Assembly: GCA_000091165.1 (NCBI GenBank)
Contig: FP565575.1
Coordinates: 1,170,001-1,202,000, forward strand
Direction of reading: 5' to 3'
DNA from: Candidatus Methylomirabilis oxygeniifera
GTDB lineage: Bacteria; Methylomirabilota; Methylomirabilia; Methylomirabilales; Methylomirabilaceae
Length of the DNA stretch: 32,000 bases
Part shown: piece after piece, positions 17,032 to 25,029 of the stretch
Layout: each line of letters begins with the position of its first letter
Numbering within the stretch: position 1 is the stretch's first letter
Notes under the pieces: model-generated
Told to the model about the DNA's origin: nothing
What the model saw: the letters and a program-made list of their open reading frames with translations, nothing else
The model's database searches: none
Made by a program: the position numbers and the translations under genes

Positions 17032-19114
17032 GCGCCGACTCTTTTCCCAGATAGGCGCCGATCACCCTGGAATCTGCTCTGATCTCTTCCGGCGTCCCTT
17101 CGGCGATTGTAACCCCGTGATCGAGAACCATGATCCGTTCCGAGATGCCCATCACCAGTTTCATATGGTGCTCAATGAGCAGAATCGTGATGCCGCGGGC
17201 GCGAATCGCATAGATCAACTCCATGAGCGCGTTGGTCTCCTGGGGATTCATTCCGGCGGCCGGCTCATCGAGAAGTAGGAGGCTCGGATCGCTTGCCATT
17301 GCTCTCGCGATCTCCAACCGTCGCTGGTCACCATATGGGAGCTGGCTCGCCCATAGATCGCTCTTGTCCTGGAGACCCACGAACCAAAGCAACTCAGCCG
17401 CCTTCGCCACCAACTCCTCCTCTTCCGTGACGACGCTCCTGGGTCTGAAGATGGCACCGACGACAGAAGCGTGCATCCGGCAGTGGCCCCCGACCATGAC
17501 GTTTTCGAGTACCGTCATATCCTGAAACAGTCGGATGTTCTGAAAGGTTCTGGCCACGCCCTTCCCGGCCACATGGTTCGGCTTCACGCCGACCAGGTTC
17601 TCCCCGCGATAGCGGACCTCTCCGGAGGTCGGAGCATAGAGACCTGTCACGCAATTGAAAAAGGTCGTTTTACCCGCCCCGTTAGGACCGATCAAGCTGA
17701 CGATTTCTCCCGCCATAACGCTGAGATCAACCATGTCCAACGCTCGCAACCCACCAAAATCTACCGATAGTTTGCGCGTTTCAAGCAGGATCATACTCGC
17801 CTCTTTCGAGGGTTGTAACGTCGGGTCGGCCTGCCCTGACCCTGTCGAAGGACCCAACCTGAGATCCGTCGAAGTGGCCTGAGGTCCACCCACTACCGCG
17901 GAGCCGGCACACCCCTTACGCCAGAGCGGGACGGTGCGCCGGCGCGCAGTGAGCAGCCCCTTCGGTCGCATCACCATCATCCCAACCATGGCCGCGCCAA
18001 AGACCAACATCCGATACAACGCAAACTGCCGCATCAGCTCCGGCAGGATCAACAGCAGCGCCGCCCCCAGGATCACACCCGGTATGCTGCCCATCCCACC
18101 GAGCGTCACCATACAGAGAACGATCACCGATTCGAAGAAGGTAAAGCTCTCCGGCGAAATGAATGTCATCTTACTCGCGAAGAACACCCCCGCAAGTCCC
18201 GCCCAGGTCGCACCGAGCCCGAATGCGAGGAGCTTGGTCTTGACCAGGTCGATCCCTATCGCTTCGGCGGCAACCTCGTCATCGCGCATCGCGGTCCAGG
18301 CCCGTCCGAGACGCGACTGATTGAGTCGATCAACCGAGAAGATGGTCAGCAGGACGACAGCCAGGATCAGATAGTAATAGTGAATCGGGTGGGAAAAGGT
18401 AAACCCGAAGAGACTCGGACGCGTGATGCCGATGATCCCGTTGGGTCCGCCCGTAAGGCTGTCCCAATTGTTCAACACGATCCGGATCATCTCGCCGAAT
18501 CCCAGCGTGACAATCGCCAGGTAGTCTCCACGCAGGCGCAGGGCCGGGAAGCCGAGCAGGACGCCGAAGACGGCCGCCAGAACCCCTCCAAGCGGCAGAA
18601 CCTGCCAGAACGAGACGTCGGCACGGGTTGCGAGCAGGCCGTAGGCATACGCCCCCACCGCATAAAACGCGATGTAGCCGAGATTCAGCAGCCCTGCCAG
18701 GCCCACGACGATGTTGAGTCCAAGCGCCAGCGTCGCATAGATCCCTACCTGGGTTAACACATCGATGTAATACCGGTTCAGACCAAGGGGGATCACAACC
18801 GCAGCGGCGAACGCCATGAGGTACAGCAGGCGACGGTCGATACGCCGGATCAGGCCACGAAAGGTGGTCCCACCGGCCTCTGCCAGGCGATCCGCCCACA
18901 CTGGTGAGGCTCGTCCCCACTGAGACACGAACCACTGCGCGACGCCGAGCGCCGCCACCACGCCGGTCACGATGACGGGACGTTCCAGACCATAATACGG
19001 CGCCTCCGGATCGATCATCAGAGGCAACGAGAGCAGCCCCAACCACAGACTGGTCAGAACAATTCGCGCAAAAGGGCGGCGGTACCATGGCAGGGAATAC
19101 GACAAGACTCGCAT
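17024..19114 (-). CDS. LivM permease fused in frame to LivG ATPase
   Basis: 696 aa. The LivM part has ALGLNIVVGLAGLLNLGYIAFYAVGAYAYGLL and GGMGSIPGVILGAALLLILPE. The LivG part, from Met at 17794, has SLIGPNGAGKTTFFNCVTG, LPYGDQRRLEIARAMASDPSLLLLDEPAAGMNP. It could be two genes read as one ORF. Confidence 0.88.
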   Translation of the reverse strand: MRVLSYSLPWYRRPFARIVLTSLWLGLLSLPLMIDPEAPYYGLERPVIVTGVVAALGVAQWFVSQWGRASPVWADRLAEAGGTTFRGLIRRIDRRLLYLMAFAAAVVIPLGLNRYYIDVLTQVGIYATLALGLNIVVGLAGLLNLGYIAFYAVGAYAYGLLATRADVSFWQVLPLGGVLAAVFGVLLGFPALRLRGDYLAIVTLGFGEMIRIVLNNWDSLTGGPNGIIGITRPSLFGFTFSHPIHYYYLILAVVLLTIFSVDRLNQSRLGRAWTAMRDDEVAAEAIGIDLVKTKLLAFGLGATWAGLAGVFFASKMTFISPESFTFFESVIVLCMVTLGGMGSIPGVILGAALLLILPELMRQFALYRMLVFGAAMVGMMVMRPKGLLTARRRTVPLWRKGCAGSAVVGGPQATSTDLRLGPSTGSGQADPTLQPSKEASMILLETRKLSVDFGGLRALDMVDLSVMAGEIVSLIGPNGAGKTTFFNCVTGLYAPTSGEVRYRGENLVGVKPNHVAGKGVARTFQNIRLFQDMTVLENVMVGGHCRMHASVVGAIFRPRSVVTEEEELVAKAAELLWFVGLQDKSDLWASQLPYGDQRRLEIARAMASDPSLLLLDEPAAGMNPQETNALMELIYAIRARGITILLIEHHMKLVMGISERIMVLDHGVTIAEGTPEEIRADSRVIGAYLGKESAHA
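17825..17855. repeat. Candidate short dispersed-repeat-like sequence inside the LivM-LivG linker
   Basis: Minus strand reads GGGTCCTTCGACAGGGTCAGGGCAGGCCGAC, encoding GPSTGSGQADP. It resembles the widespread 'CCTTCGACAGGCTCAGGAC' intergenic repeat. Confidence 0.4.
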
Positions 19115-19170
19115 GGTTATCCTAGTACGTACTTGCCATAATCGGCGTCATACACCGGTCCTCCCGGCGT

Positions 19171-19339
19171 GTCATTGCGAGCGTAGCGAAGCAATCTGAC
19201 CTGCACGTAACCCGTTGAGATCGCCCAGAACGCCTCCTGTTCGCGTCATTGCGAGGCGAAGCCGAAGCAATCTCGCCGTTCTTCGCAGTACCACATACGG
19301 TGAGATTGCTGCGCTCCCGTTGGTCGCTCGCAATGACGG
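19171..19339. repeat. Dispersed inverted-repeat cluster 'GTCATTGCGAG...AAGCAATCT'
   Basis: Direct copies GTCATTGCGAGCGTAGCGAAGCAATCT (19171..19197) and CGTCATTGCGAGGCGAAGCCGAAGCAATCTCG (19244..19275), plus an inverted copy GAGATTGCT...CGCTCGCAATGACG ending near 19338. Confidence 0.85.
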
Positions 19340-19416
19340 ACTCTGCTGCACAAGGTGTTGCGAAGGGAACCCCTAGGAGCAGATTCATAGAACGTGTCTA
19401 TTTGCAGCAAAGCGCT

Positions 19417-20319
19417 CTAGGCGCGTTTGGAGGTGTCGGCGCCTAACAGGCCCCTGGGGCGAAAGATCAGCACAAGAATCAAAATGGCGAACGCGAATAC
19501 GTCTTTGTACTCGCTGGAGATATAGCCGGCGCCGAGACTCTCAATGAGACCCAGCAGCACCCCCCCGAGCATCGCGCCGGGAATGCTGCCGATCCCCCCC
19601 AGCACTGCGGCGGTAAAGGCCTTGACTCCGGCGATGTAGCCGATATAGAAATTGATCAAACCATAGTACATCCCGACCATCACTCCCGCCACTGCCGCGA
19701 GCGCCGATCCGATCAGGAACGTCACGCTGATCACCCGGTTCACATCGATGCCGACCAGGCTGGCCATCTGTTTATCCTGGGCCGTTGCCCGCATCGCCTT
19801 GCCGATCCTGGTCCGACGCACCAGCAGGTGCAGCCCCACCATCATCAGGACCGAGGTAGCCATGATGAAGAGTTGGATTGCGCTGATCCTGCCTCCCGGC
19901 AGGTCGATCCCACCCTGTATGAACAGCTCCGGGAATCCCTTATCCCTGGGGCCCTGGGCCAGCATGACAAAGTTCTGCAGAAAGATAGAGACCCCAAGGG
20001 CGCTGATGAGGGGGGACAAACGCGGGGCCGTGCGCAGGGGCCGGTAGGCCAGCCGTTCGATGGTGATGCCGCAGGCGCCGCAGAACAGGATCGCCGCAAT
20101 CATCATGCAGACGAGGGTGACGGCGGAATCGGGGGATGTCAGATGCAGCGTGGTCAGGAGGCTGAAGGTCACGATCCCGATATAGGCACCCAACATGTAC
20201 ACTTCGCCGTGGGCAAAGTTGATCAGCTCGATGATCCCGTAGACCATCGTATAGCCTAGCGCGATCAGCGCATAGACACTGCCGAGCGTCAACCCGTTCA
20301 CCAACTGTTGAAGCAGCAT
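19417..20319 (-). CDS. livH: Branched-chain amino-acid ABC transporter permease LivH
   Basis: 300 aa. Contains MLLQQLVNGLTLGSVYALIALGYTMVYGIIELINFAHGEVYMLGA and AFTAAVLGGIGSIPGAMLGGVLLG. Confidence 0.95.
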   Translation of the reverse strand: MLLQQLVNGLTLGSVYALIALGYTMVYGIIELINFAHGEVYMLGAYIGIVTFSLLTTLHLTSPDSAVTLVCMMIAAILFCGACGITIERLAYRPLRTAPRLSPLISALGVSIFLQNFVMLAQGPRDKGFPELFIQGGIDLPGGRISAIQLFIMATSVLMMVGLHLLVRRTRIGKAMRATAQDKQMASLVGIDVNRVISVTFLIGSALAAVAGVMVGMYYGLINFYIGYIAGVKAFTAAVLGGIGSIPGAMLGGVLLGLIESLGAGYISSEYKDVFAFAILILVLIFRPRGLLGADTSKRA

Positions 20320-20336
20320 CTCCCCTCAATACAAAG

Positions 20337-20387
20337 AGAGGGAAGAGATCGCTCCCTTCCCCTCCTTTTTAGAATACGCGTATTCTT
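20337..20387. promoter_or_regulatory. Palindrome and GA-rich hairpin between livJ and livH
   Basis: Perfect 16-bp palindrome AGAATACGCGTATTCT at 20372..20387, next to the imperfect hairpin GGGAAGAG-ATCG-CTCCCTTCCC-(CTCC)TTTTTT on the plus strand. Confidence 0.5.
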
Positions 20388-20393
20388 TCCCGC

Positions 20394-21506
20394 CTACCGA
20401 AGTTCCACAAACTTTCCGTTCTTTACCTCCCAGACGACGTAGGGCGATATGAGTACGTCGCCCTTCTTATCGAACTCAATCGGTCCGAGGGCGGTTTTCC
20501 ATTTCGTCTGCTTGATATAGTCCGCGATCTTGACGCTATCGGTCGATTGAGTCGCGGCAATCGCATCAAAGAGCAGCACGGCAGCCACATAACTGTACAC
20601 GGTGTAGGCCCCCACCGCGGTCTCGAACTTTTCTTTATGTCGCCGAATCACTCCCTGGGCTTCCTTGATCTTCGTCTGGTCCGGGGTGAAGGTGATAAAG
20701 GCACCTTCCGCAGCCTTTCCGCCGATCTCAATGAACTCCTTGGCCCAAACGCCGTCGCCGCTGACAAAGATCGTTTTCATCCCCAGCTCGCGCATCTGCT
20801 TGGTAAGCAGGACGGCCTCCGGGTAGATGCCGCCATAAAAGAGGACCTCCGGATCACTCTGCTTAACGGCGGTCAGAACCGGTCGGTAGTCTTTATCACC
20901 CTGCGTGATGCTGCCGTAATAGACCGGTTTGGTCTTGGCCTTTTCCAGCGCCTTCACCGTTTCATCGGCCAGTCCCTGTCCGTAGGTGGTCTTGTCGTGC
21001 AGGACCACGACCTTGGTCTTCTTCAGCTTCTTCACAATGAAGTCGGCCGCCACACCACCCTGCTGGTCGTCTCGCCCGCATACGCGAAAGACGTTCCACA
21101 GGCCGCGCTCCGTGAATCGCGGATTCGTCGACGCGGGCGTAAGCTGGACAACCTTACCATCGCGATAGATGGTGGAAGCCGGAATCGAGCAACTGCTGTT
21201 GAAATGGCCGATCACCCCGACAACCCCTTCATTCACGAACTTATTCGCGACCGCAACGGCCTGCTTCGGATCGTGTTGATCGTCACCCCAGACAATCTCA
21301 ATCTTCTGTCCGAGCAGCCCGCCTTTGGCGTTCCACTCCTCCACGGCAATGATGGCGCCATTCTTCAGCTCCAGCCCCAACGCACCTTGATCGCCCGTTA
21401 GTGGACCGGCCACACCAACCTTTATCGTACCGGCCGCGTGGGCGTTTACGGCGATGAGCAGGATAAACGCGAGAGCGTTCCACAAACACAACCACCGCCG
21501 TCCCAT
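20394..21506 (-). CDS. Branched-chain amino-acid-type ABC transporter substrate-binding protein, paralog 1
   Basis: Signal peptide MGRRWLCLWNALAFILLIAVNAHAA, then GTIKVGVAGPLTGDQGALGLELKNGAIIAVEEWNAKGGLLGQKIEIVWGDDQHDP. Start refined from 21587 to the Met before the signal peptide. Confidence 0.92.
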   Translation of the reverse strand: MGRRWLCLWNALAFILLIAVNAHAAGTIKVGVAGPLTGDQGALGLELKNGAIIAVEEWNAKGGLLGQKIEIVWGDDQHDPKQAVAVANKFVNEGVVGVIGHFNSSCSIPASTIYRDGKVVQLTPASTNPRFTERGLWNVFRVCGRDDQQGGVAADFIVKKLKKTKVVVLHDKTTYGQGLADETVKALEKAKTKPVYYGSITQGDKDYRPVLTAVKQSDPEVLFYGGIYPEAVLLTKQMRELGMKTIFVSGDGVWAKEFIEIGGKAAEGAFITFTPDQTKIKEAQGVIRRHKEKFETAVGAYTVYSYVAAVLLFDAIAATQSTDSVKIADYIKQTKWKTALGPIEFDKKGDVLISPYVVWEVKNGKFVELR

Positions 21507-21624
21507 TCGGTTCCCCCCTATTGAAGTCGTGGCAATACGACAATTCTGCGCAACGGATCCCAGTTTCAATAAACATCGCACCGACAAGTACTTACAATGG
21601 CAACCTTATTGTTGACTATAGAGA

Positions 21625-21655
21625 TATTGCGAAAGGGCTATCAATGACCTTCTCT
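21625..21655 (-). promoter_or_regulatory. Possible sigma70-like promoter upstream of the livJ-like gene
   Basis: Minus strand reads TTGATA-N18-TATAGT (5/6 and 5/6 matches, slightly long spacer). Coordinates approximate. Confidence 0.35.
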
Positions 21656-21658
21656 GTA

Positions 21659-22303
21659 TCAGTGTTTGCCCTCCACTTGCCGAATCGCGGTCGCGAAGGC
21701 CTGTGTCGCTGCTGTAATGTCGTCAGCGCCAACGATCGCCGAGATCACCGCAACGCCAGTCGCCCCGGCGGCCATGGCCTCTCCGACGTTGCTCAATGCG
21801 ATGCCGCCGATGGCGATCAGCGGCAGATCAATTCGGGCGCGCAGTTGTCGAATGATGTCGCAGCCCCTTGGTTCGTATCCGGTCGCCTTGGTGCCGGTTG
21901 CAAAGATCGGCCCGATGCCGAGATAATCCGCCCCCTGCTCTGCCGCCTCAAGAGCCTGCTCAAGGGAGTGGGTAGAAACCCCCAGAACCTTGTTGGTCCC
22001 CAGGACAGCCCGGGCAGCGTGAGGCGGCAGGTCGTCCTGTCCAAGGTGGACCCCATCGGCATCGGCGGCGAGCGCCAGGTCCAGTCTATCGTTGACAATG
22101 AAGCGGACGCCGCGCTCCCGGCATAGTCGGGCGATCCGACGCGCATCGGATAACAACTGACGGGGACCGGCGGCTTTGTCCCGGAGCTGGATCATCGTTG
22201 CGCCGCCGTCTATGGCTCGCGCCGCGATGTCGAAGTGGCTCAGCCCGTGTCCCAACTGACGGTTGGTAATGACGCACAGGCGACACGCCTGCGGAGCGAT
22301 CAC
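21659..22303 (-). CDS. thiE: Thiamine-phosphate synthase
   Basis: 214 aa. Contains LCVITNRQLG, GATMIQLRDKAAG, RFIVNDRLDLALAADADGVHLGQDDLP, DYLGIGPIFATGTKA and IAIGGIALSNVGEAMAAGATGVAVISAI. Confidence 0.95.
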   Translation of the reverse strand: MIAPQACRLCVITNRQLGHGLSHFDIAARAIDGGATMIQLRDKAAGPRQLLSDARRIARLCRERGVRFIVNDRLDLALAADADGVHLGQDDLPPHAARAVLGTNKVLGVSTHSLEQALEAAEQGADYLGIGPIFATGTKATGYEPRGCDIIRQLRARIDLPLIAIGGIALSNVGEAMAAGATGVAVISAIVGADDITAATQAFATAIRQVEGKH

Positions 22304-22308
22304 AGGTC

Positions 22309-22869
22309 TCAGGCGCGCTCGACGTAGGCGCCGGTGCGGGTGTCGACGCGCAGGAGATCGCCGATGTTAATGAACAGCGGCACCTGGATCGTGGCACCTG
22401 TTTCGAGTGTCGCCGGCTTGGAGCCACCGGACGTGGTGTCGCCACGGAACCCGGGTTCGGTCTCTGTGACCCTGAGTTCAACGAAGGTCGGAAGTACCAC
22501 CTCGATCGGTTCCCCGCGATGGCTGAGGACGGAAATGATCATCTCTTCCTTGAGGAAGCCGCTCGCGTCTCCGAGCAGTTTTTCGTCCAGCGTGAACTGC
22601 TCGAAATTCCCGGTATCCATGAAGTGGTAGACATCACCGTCGTGGTAGAGAAATTGCACCTTGCGATCCTCCACCTCCGCCTTCGGGAGCTTCTCCTCAG
22701 TCCTGAAGGTGCGGTCAATGATGGCGCCGGTCTTCATATTCTTCAGCTTGGTGCGCATGAAGGCACCGCCTTTTCCTGGCTTGACCCACTGAAAGTCTGT
22801 GACAATGAAGGGGCTTCCATCCAATTCGACCTTCACCCCAGGACGCAGATCTCCTCCGGAAATCATCAT
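22309..22869 (-). CDS. efp: Elongation factor P
   Basis: 186 aa. Contains DLRPGVKVELDGSPFIVTDFQWVKPGKGGAFMRTKLKNMKTGAIIDRTFR and the C-terminal GATIQVPLFINIGDLLRVDTRTGAYVERA. Confidence 0.97.
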   Translation of the reverse strand: MMISGGDLRPGVKVELDGSPFIVTDFQWVKPGKGGAFMRTKLKNMKTGAIIDRTFRTEEKLPKAEVEDRKVQFLYHDGDVYHFMDTGNFEQFTLDEKLLGDASGFLKEEMIISVLSHRGEPIEVVLPTFVELRVTETEPGFRGDTTSGGSKPATLETGATIQVPLFINIGDLLRVDTRTGAYVERA

Positions 22870-22908
22870 CTCTTTTCTCCATGGATAAACGGGACCTGAG
22901 CATTCATC

Positions 22909-23379
22909 TCACAATCCCTTTTGATCGAGTAGCTGAAGGGCAGCCTCCAATCCCAGGCGATAACTAAAGGCCCCGAATCCAGTGATTTGCCCGACGGCAA
23001 CATCAGCGATGAAAGAACGATGACGAAACTCTTCGCGACGATAGATGTTTGACAGATGTACCTCGATGGCAGGGATGGCCGCGCCAACGATCGCATCCCG
23101 CAGCCCCACGCTCGAATGCGTCAACCCGGCTGCGTTCACAATCATCACATCGGCCCATCCTATAGCGTGGTGGATCGCATCGATGAGCTCGCCCTCGTGG
23201 TTCGACTGAATAAAACGGATCTCGACCCCTCGTGATGCCGCGCAGGATTTCAGTTCATCCTCAATCTCTTTCAGCGTCGTACGACCATACTGGTCCGGTT
23301 CTCGACGCCCCAATAGGTTCAAGTTGGGACCGTTCAATACCAGGATCCGTCTTCCGGCGCCGGGCGTTGCGTCATTCAT
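22909..23379 (-). CDS. aroQ: 3-dehydroquinate dehydratase, type II
   Basis: Contains RRILVLNGPNLNLLGRREPDQYG, QSNHEGELIDAIHHA, NAAGLTHSSVGLRDA and EVHLSNIYRREEFRHRS. Start placed at MNDATPG; track start 23400. Confidence 0.96.
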   Translation of the reverse strand: MNDATPGAGRRILVLNGPNLNLLGRREPDQYGRTTLKEIEDELKSCAASRGVEIRFIQSNHEGELIDAIHHAIGWADVMIVNAAGLTHSSVGLRDAIVGAAIPAIEVHLSNIYRREEFRHRSFIADVAVGQITGFGAFSYRLGLEAALQLLDQKGL

Positions 23380-23380
23380 C

Positions 23381-24475
23381 TCACACGCTCCATACTTCAC
23401 GGAGGGCAGCCTTCAACTCACCGAGGTCCGAAATAGCCGCCAATACCACATGGCCGATCCCTTTGGTTAAGACAAAATATATCATCTTATTTCTTACCTT
23501 TTTATCACAACGCATTGTTTGTACGAGACTTTTCGTATCAACAGAACCACTTGTCGGGAGTCCAATCCTCATCAGGAGCGTCCGTAACCGATCCAGATCT
23601 TCGCGTTCGCACAGCCCGCGTTTTACCGACAACATCGTCGCCGCCACCATGCCGATTGCAATTGCCTCACCATGAAGAAGTCGTTGGTATCCTCCGGTAG
23701 TTTCGAGGGCGTGGCCCACCGTATGTCCGAAGTTGAGGATTGCGCGCATTCCCTCCTCTCGTTCATCCTGTTCGACGACGCGCGCCTTAATCGCGCATGA
23801 GCGGGTTACGACATGGGTCAGGGATTCTTGCTCTGCGCGTAGGATCGAATCCAGGTGCGTTTCAACGTACCCGAACAGCTCCCGGTCGGTAATCATCCCG
23901 TATTTTACCACCTCGGCCAGCCCCGCCCGCATCTGTCGCGGCGGCAGTGACTTGATGGTCTCAACGTCAGCCACGACCAGCGAGGGTTGGTAGAAGGAGC
24001 CGACGAGGTTCTTTCCTGCCGGCAGATTGACGGCAACCTTCCCGCCGACGCTGCTGTCCACTTGAGCCAGGAGCGTCGTTGGAACCTGAACCAACGGGAC
24101 GCCGCGCAGAAAGGTCGCTGCCGCAAATCCAGCGAGATCGCCGATTACCCCCCCGCCCAGAGCGACCACGGCGGAGCGGCGATCCATTCGGTGCTGTAAG
24201 AACGTCCGATACAGACCGGCCGCCTGACGCAACGACTTGGCCCGTTCTCCTGCCGGAATCTCTGTAACGGCTACCTGGAACCCGGCCTTGCGGAGTGAGG
24301 CCGACACCGTGGCTCCGTAGAGGCGACCGACTATAGGATTCGTCGCGATCATCACTCGCCTGCCGGGCAGCAGCTCACGGCAGAGGGTACCCAGTTGCTT
24401 CAGCAGCCCACTGCCGATCACAATGTCGTAACTCCGGCTGCCGAGCGCGACAGGGACTCTGACTGTACTGCTCAT
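23381..24475 (-). CDS. aroB: 3-dehydroquinate synthase
   Basis: 364 aa. Contains VVALGGGVIGDLAGFAAATFLRGVPLVQVPTTLLAQVDSSVGGKVAVN and NFGHTVGHALE. Confidence 0.97.
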   Translation of the reverse strand: MSSTVRVPVALGSRSYDIVIGSGLLKQLGTLCRELLPGRRVMIATNPIVGRLYGATVSASLRKAGFQVAVTEIPAGERAKSLRQAAGLYRTFLQHRMDRRSAVVALGGGVIGDLAGFAAATFLRGVPLVQVPTTLLAQVDSSVGGKVAVNLPAGKNLVGSFYQPSLVVADVETIKSLPPRQMRAGLAEVVKYGMITDRELFGYVETHLDSILRAEQESLTHVVTRSCAIKARVVEQDEREEGMRAILNFGHTVGHALETTGGYQRLLHGEAIAIGMVAATMLSVKRGLCEREDLDRLRTLLMRIGLPTSGSVDTKSLVQTMRCDKKVRNKMIYFVLTKGIGHVVLAAISDLGELKAALREVWSV

Positions 24476-25029
24476 GACTCTCTATCCAGACTCGCAACCG
24501 GTTCCGGGCACAGACGGCGCACGATTCGATCGACGATCTCCTCTACGCCCGCCTCGCTCGTGTCAATGGAGAGATCCGCCTGGGCATATGCAGAAGATCG
24601 CTGCTTCAGCAGCTCGCGGATAGTAGCGAGCCGATCGGGAGTGTGTAACAGGGGACGATACGTGTCGGTTCCCAGCCGCCGCAGAATAACAGCGGGCTCA
24701 GCCGCAAGGCAGACGAGAACGGCTCCGTTTCTGAGATTCCGGACATTCTCGGGATCGAGTACGGCGCCGCCGCCTGTGGCAATTACGCAACGCCCGCGAT
24801 TCGCCAGGCTCGCAATCACCTCCCGTTCTCTCCGCCTGAAACCGGGCTCTCCCTCTGAGGCGAAAATCTCCGGGATCGTCATGCCCGCCGCCGCCTCAAT
24901 CGCGACGTCCAGATCGATAAAGGGCAATGCGAGCCGTTCCGCCAGTCGACAGCCTACCGCACTCTTCCCTGTTCCCATGAATCCGGTGAGCACAATTTTC
25001 ATATCAGCGGTCGCGAATAGCCGCGACAT
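24472..25029 (-). CDS. aroK: Shikimate kinase
   Basis: 185 aa. Contains KIVLTGFMGTGKSAVGCRLAERLALPFIDLDVAIE, FRRREREVI and CVIATGGGAV. The true start is probably MKIVLTG at about 25002. Confidence 0.94.
   Translation of the reverse strand: MSRLFATADMKIVLTGFMGTGKSAVGCRLAERLALPFIDLDVAIEAAAGMTIPEIFASEGEPGFRRREREVIASLANRGRCVIATGGGAVLDPENVRNLRNGAVLVCLAAEPAVILRRLGTDTYRPLLHTPDRLATIRELLKQRSSAYAQADLSIDTSEAGVEEIVDRIVRRLCPEPVASLDRES

Noticed and set aside
19122-19388. 88 aa minus-strand ORF between livH and livM-livG
   Set aside because: It lies almost entirely on the inverted-repeat cluster (e.g. translated TRREDRC, RSGRSQR), so it is a repeat-derived ORF and not a likely gene.
20547-21401. 284 aa plus-strand ORF
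   Set aside because: Antisense to the substrate-binding protein; no domain-like pattern.
21500-22310. Possible TPP riboswitch for thiE
   Set aside because: thiE follows efp with a 5-nt gap and I see no THI-box in front of it, so there is no room for a riboswitch.
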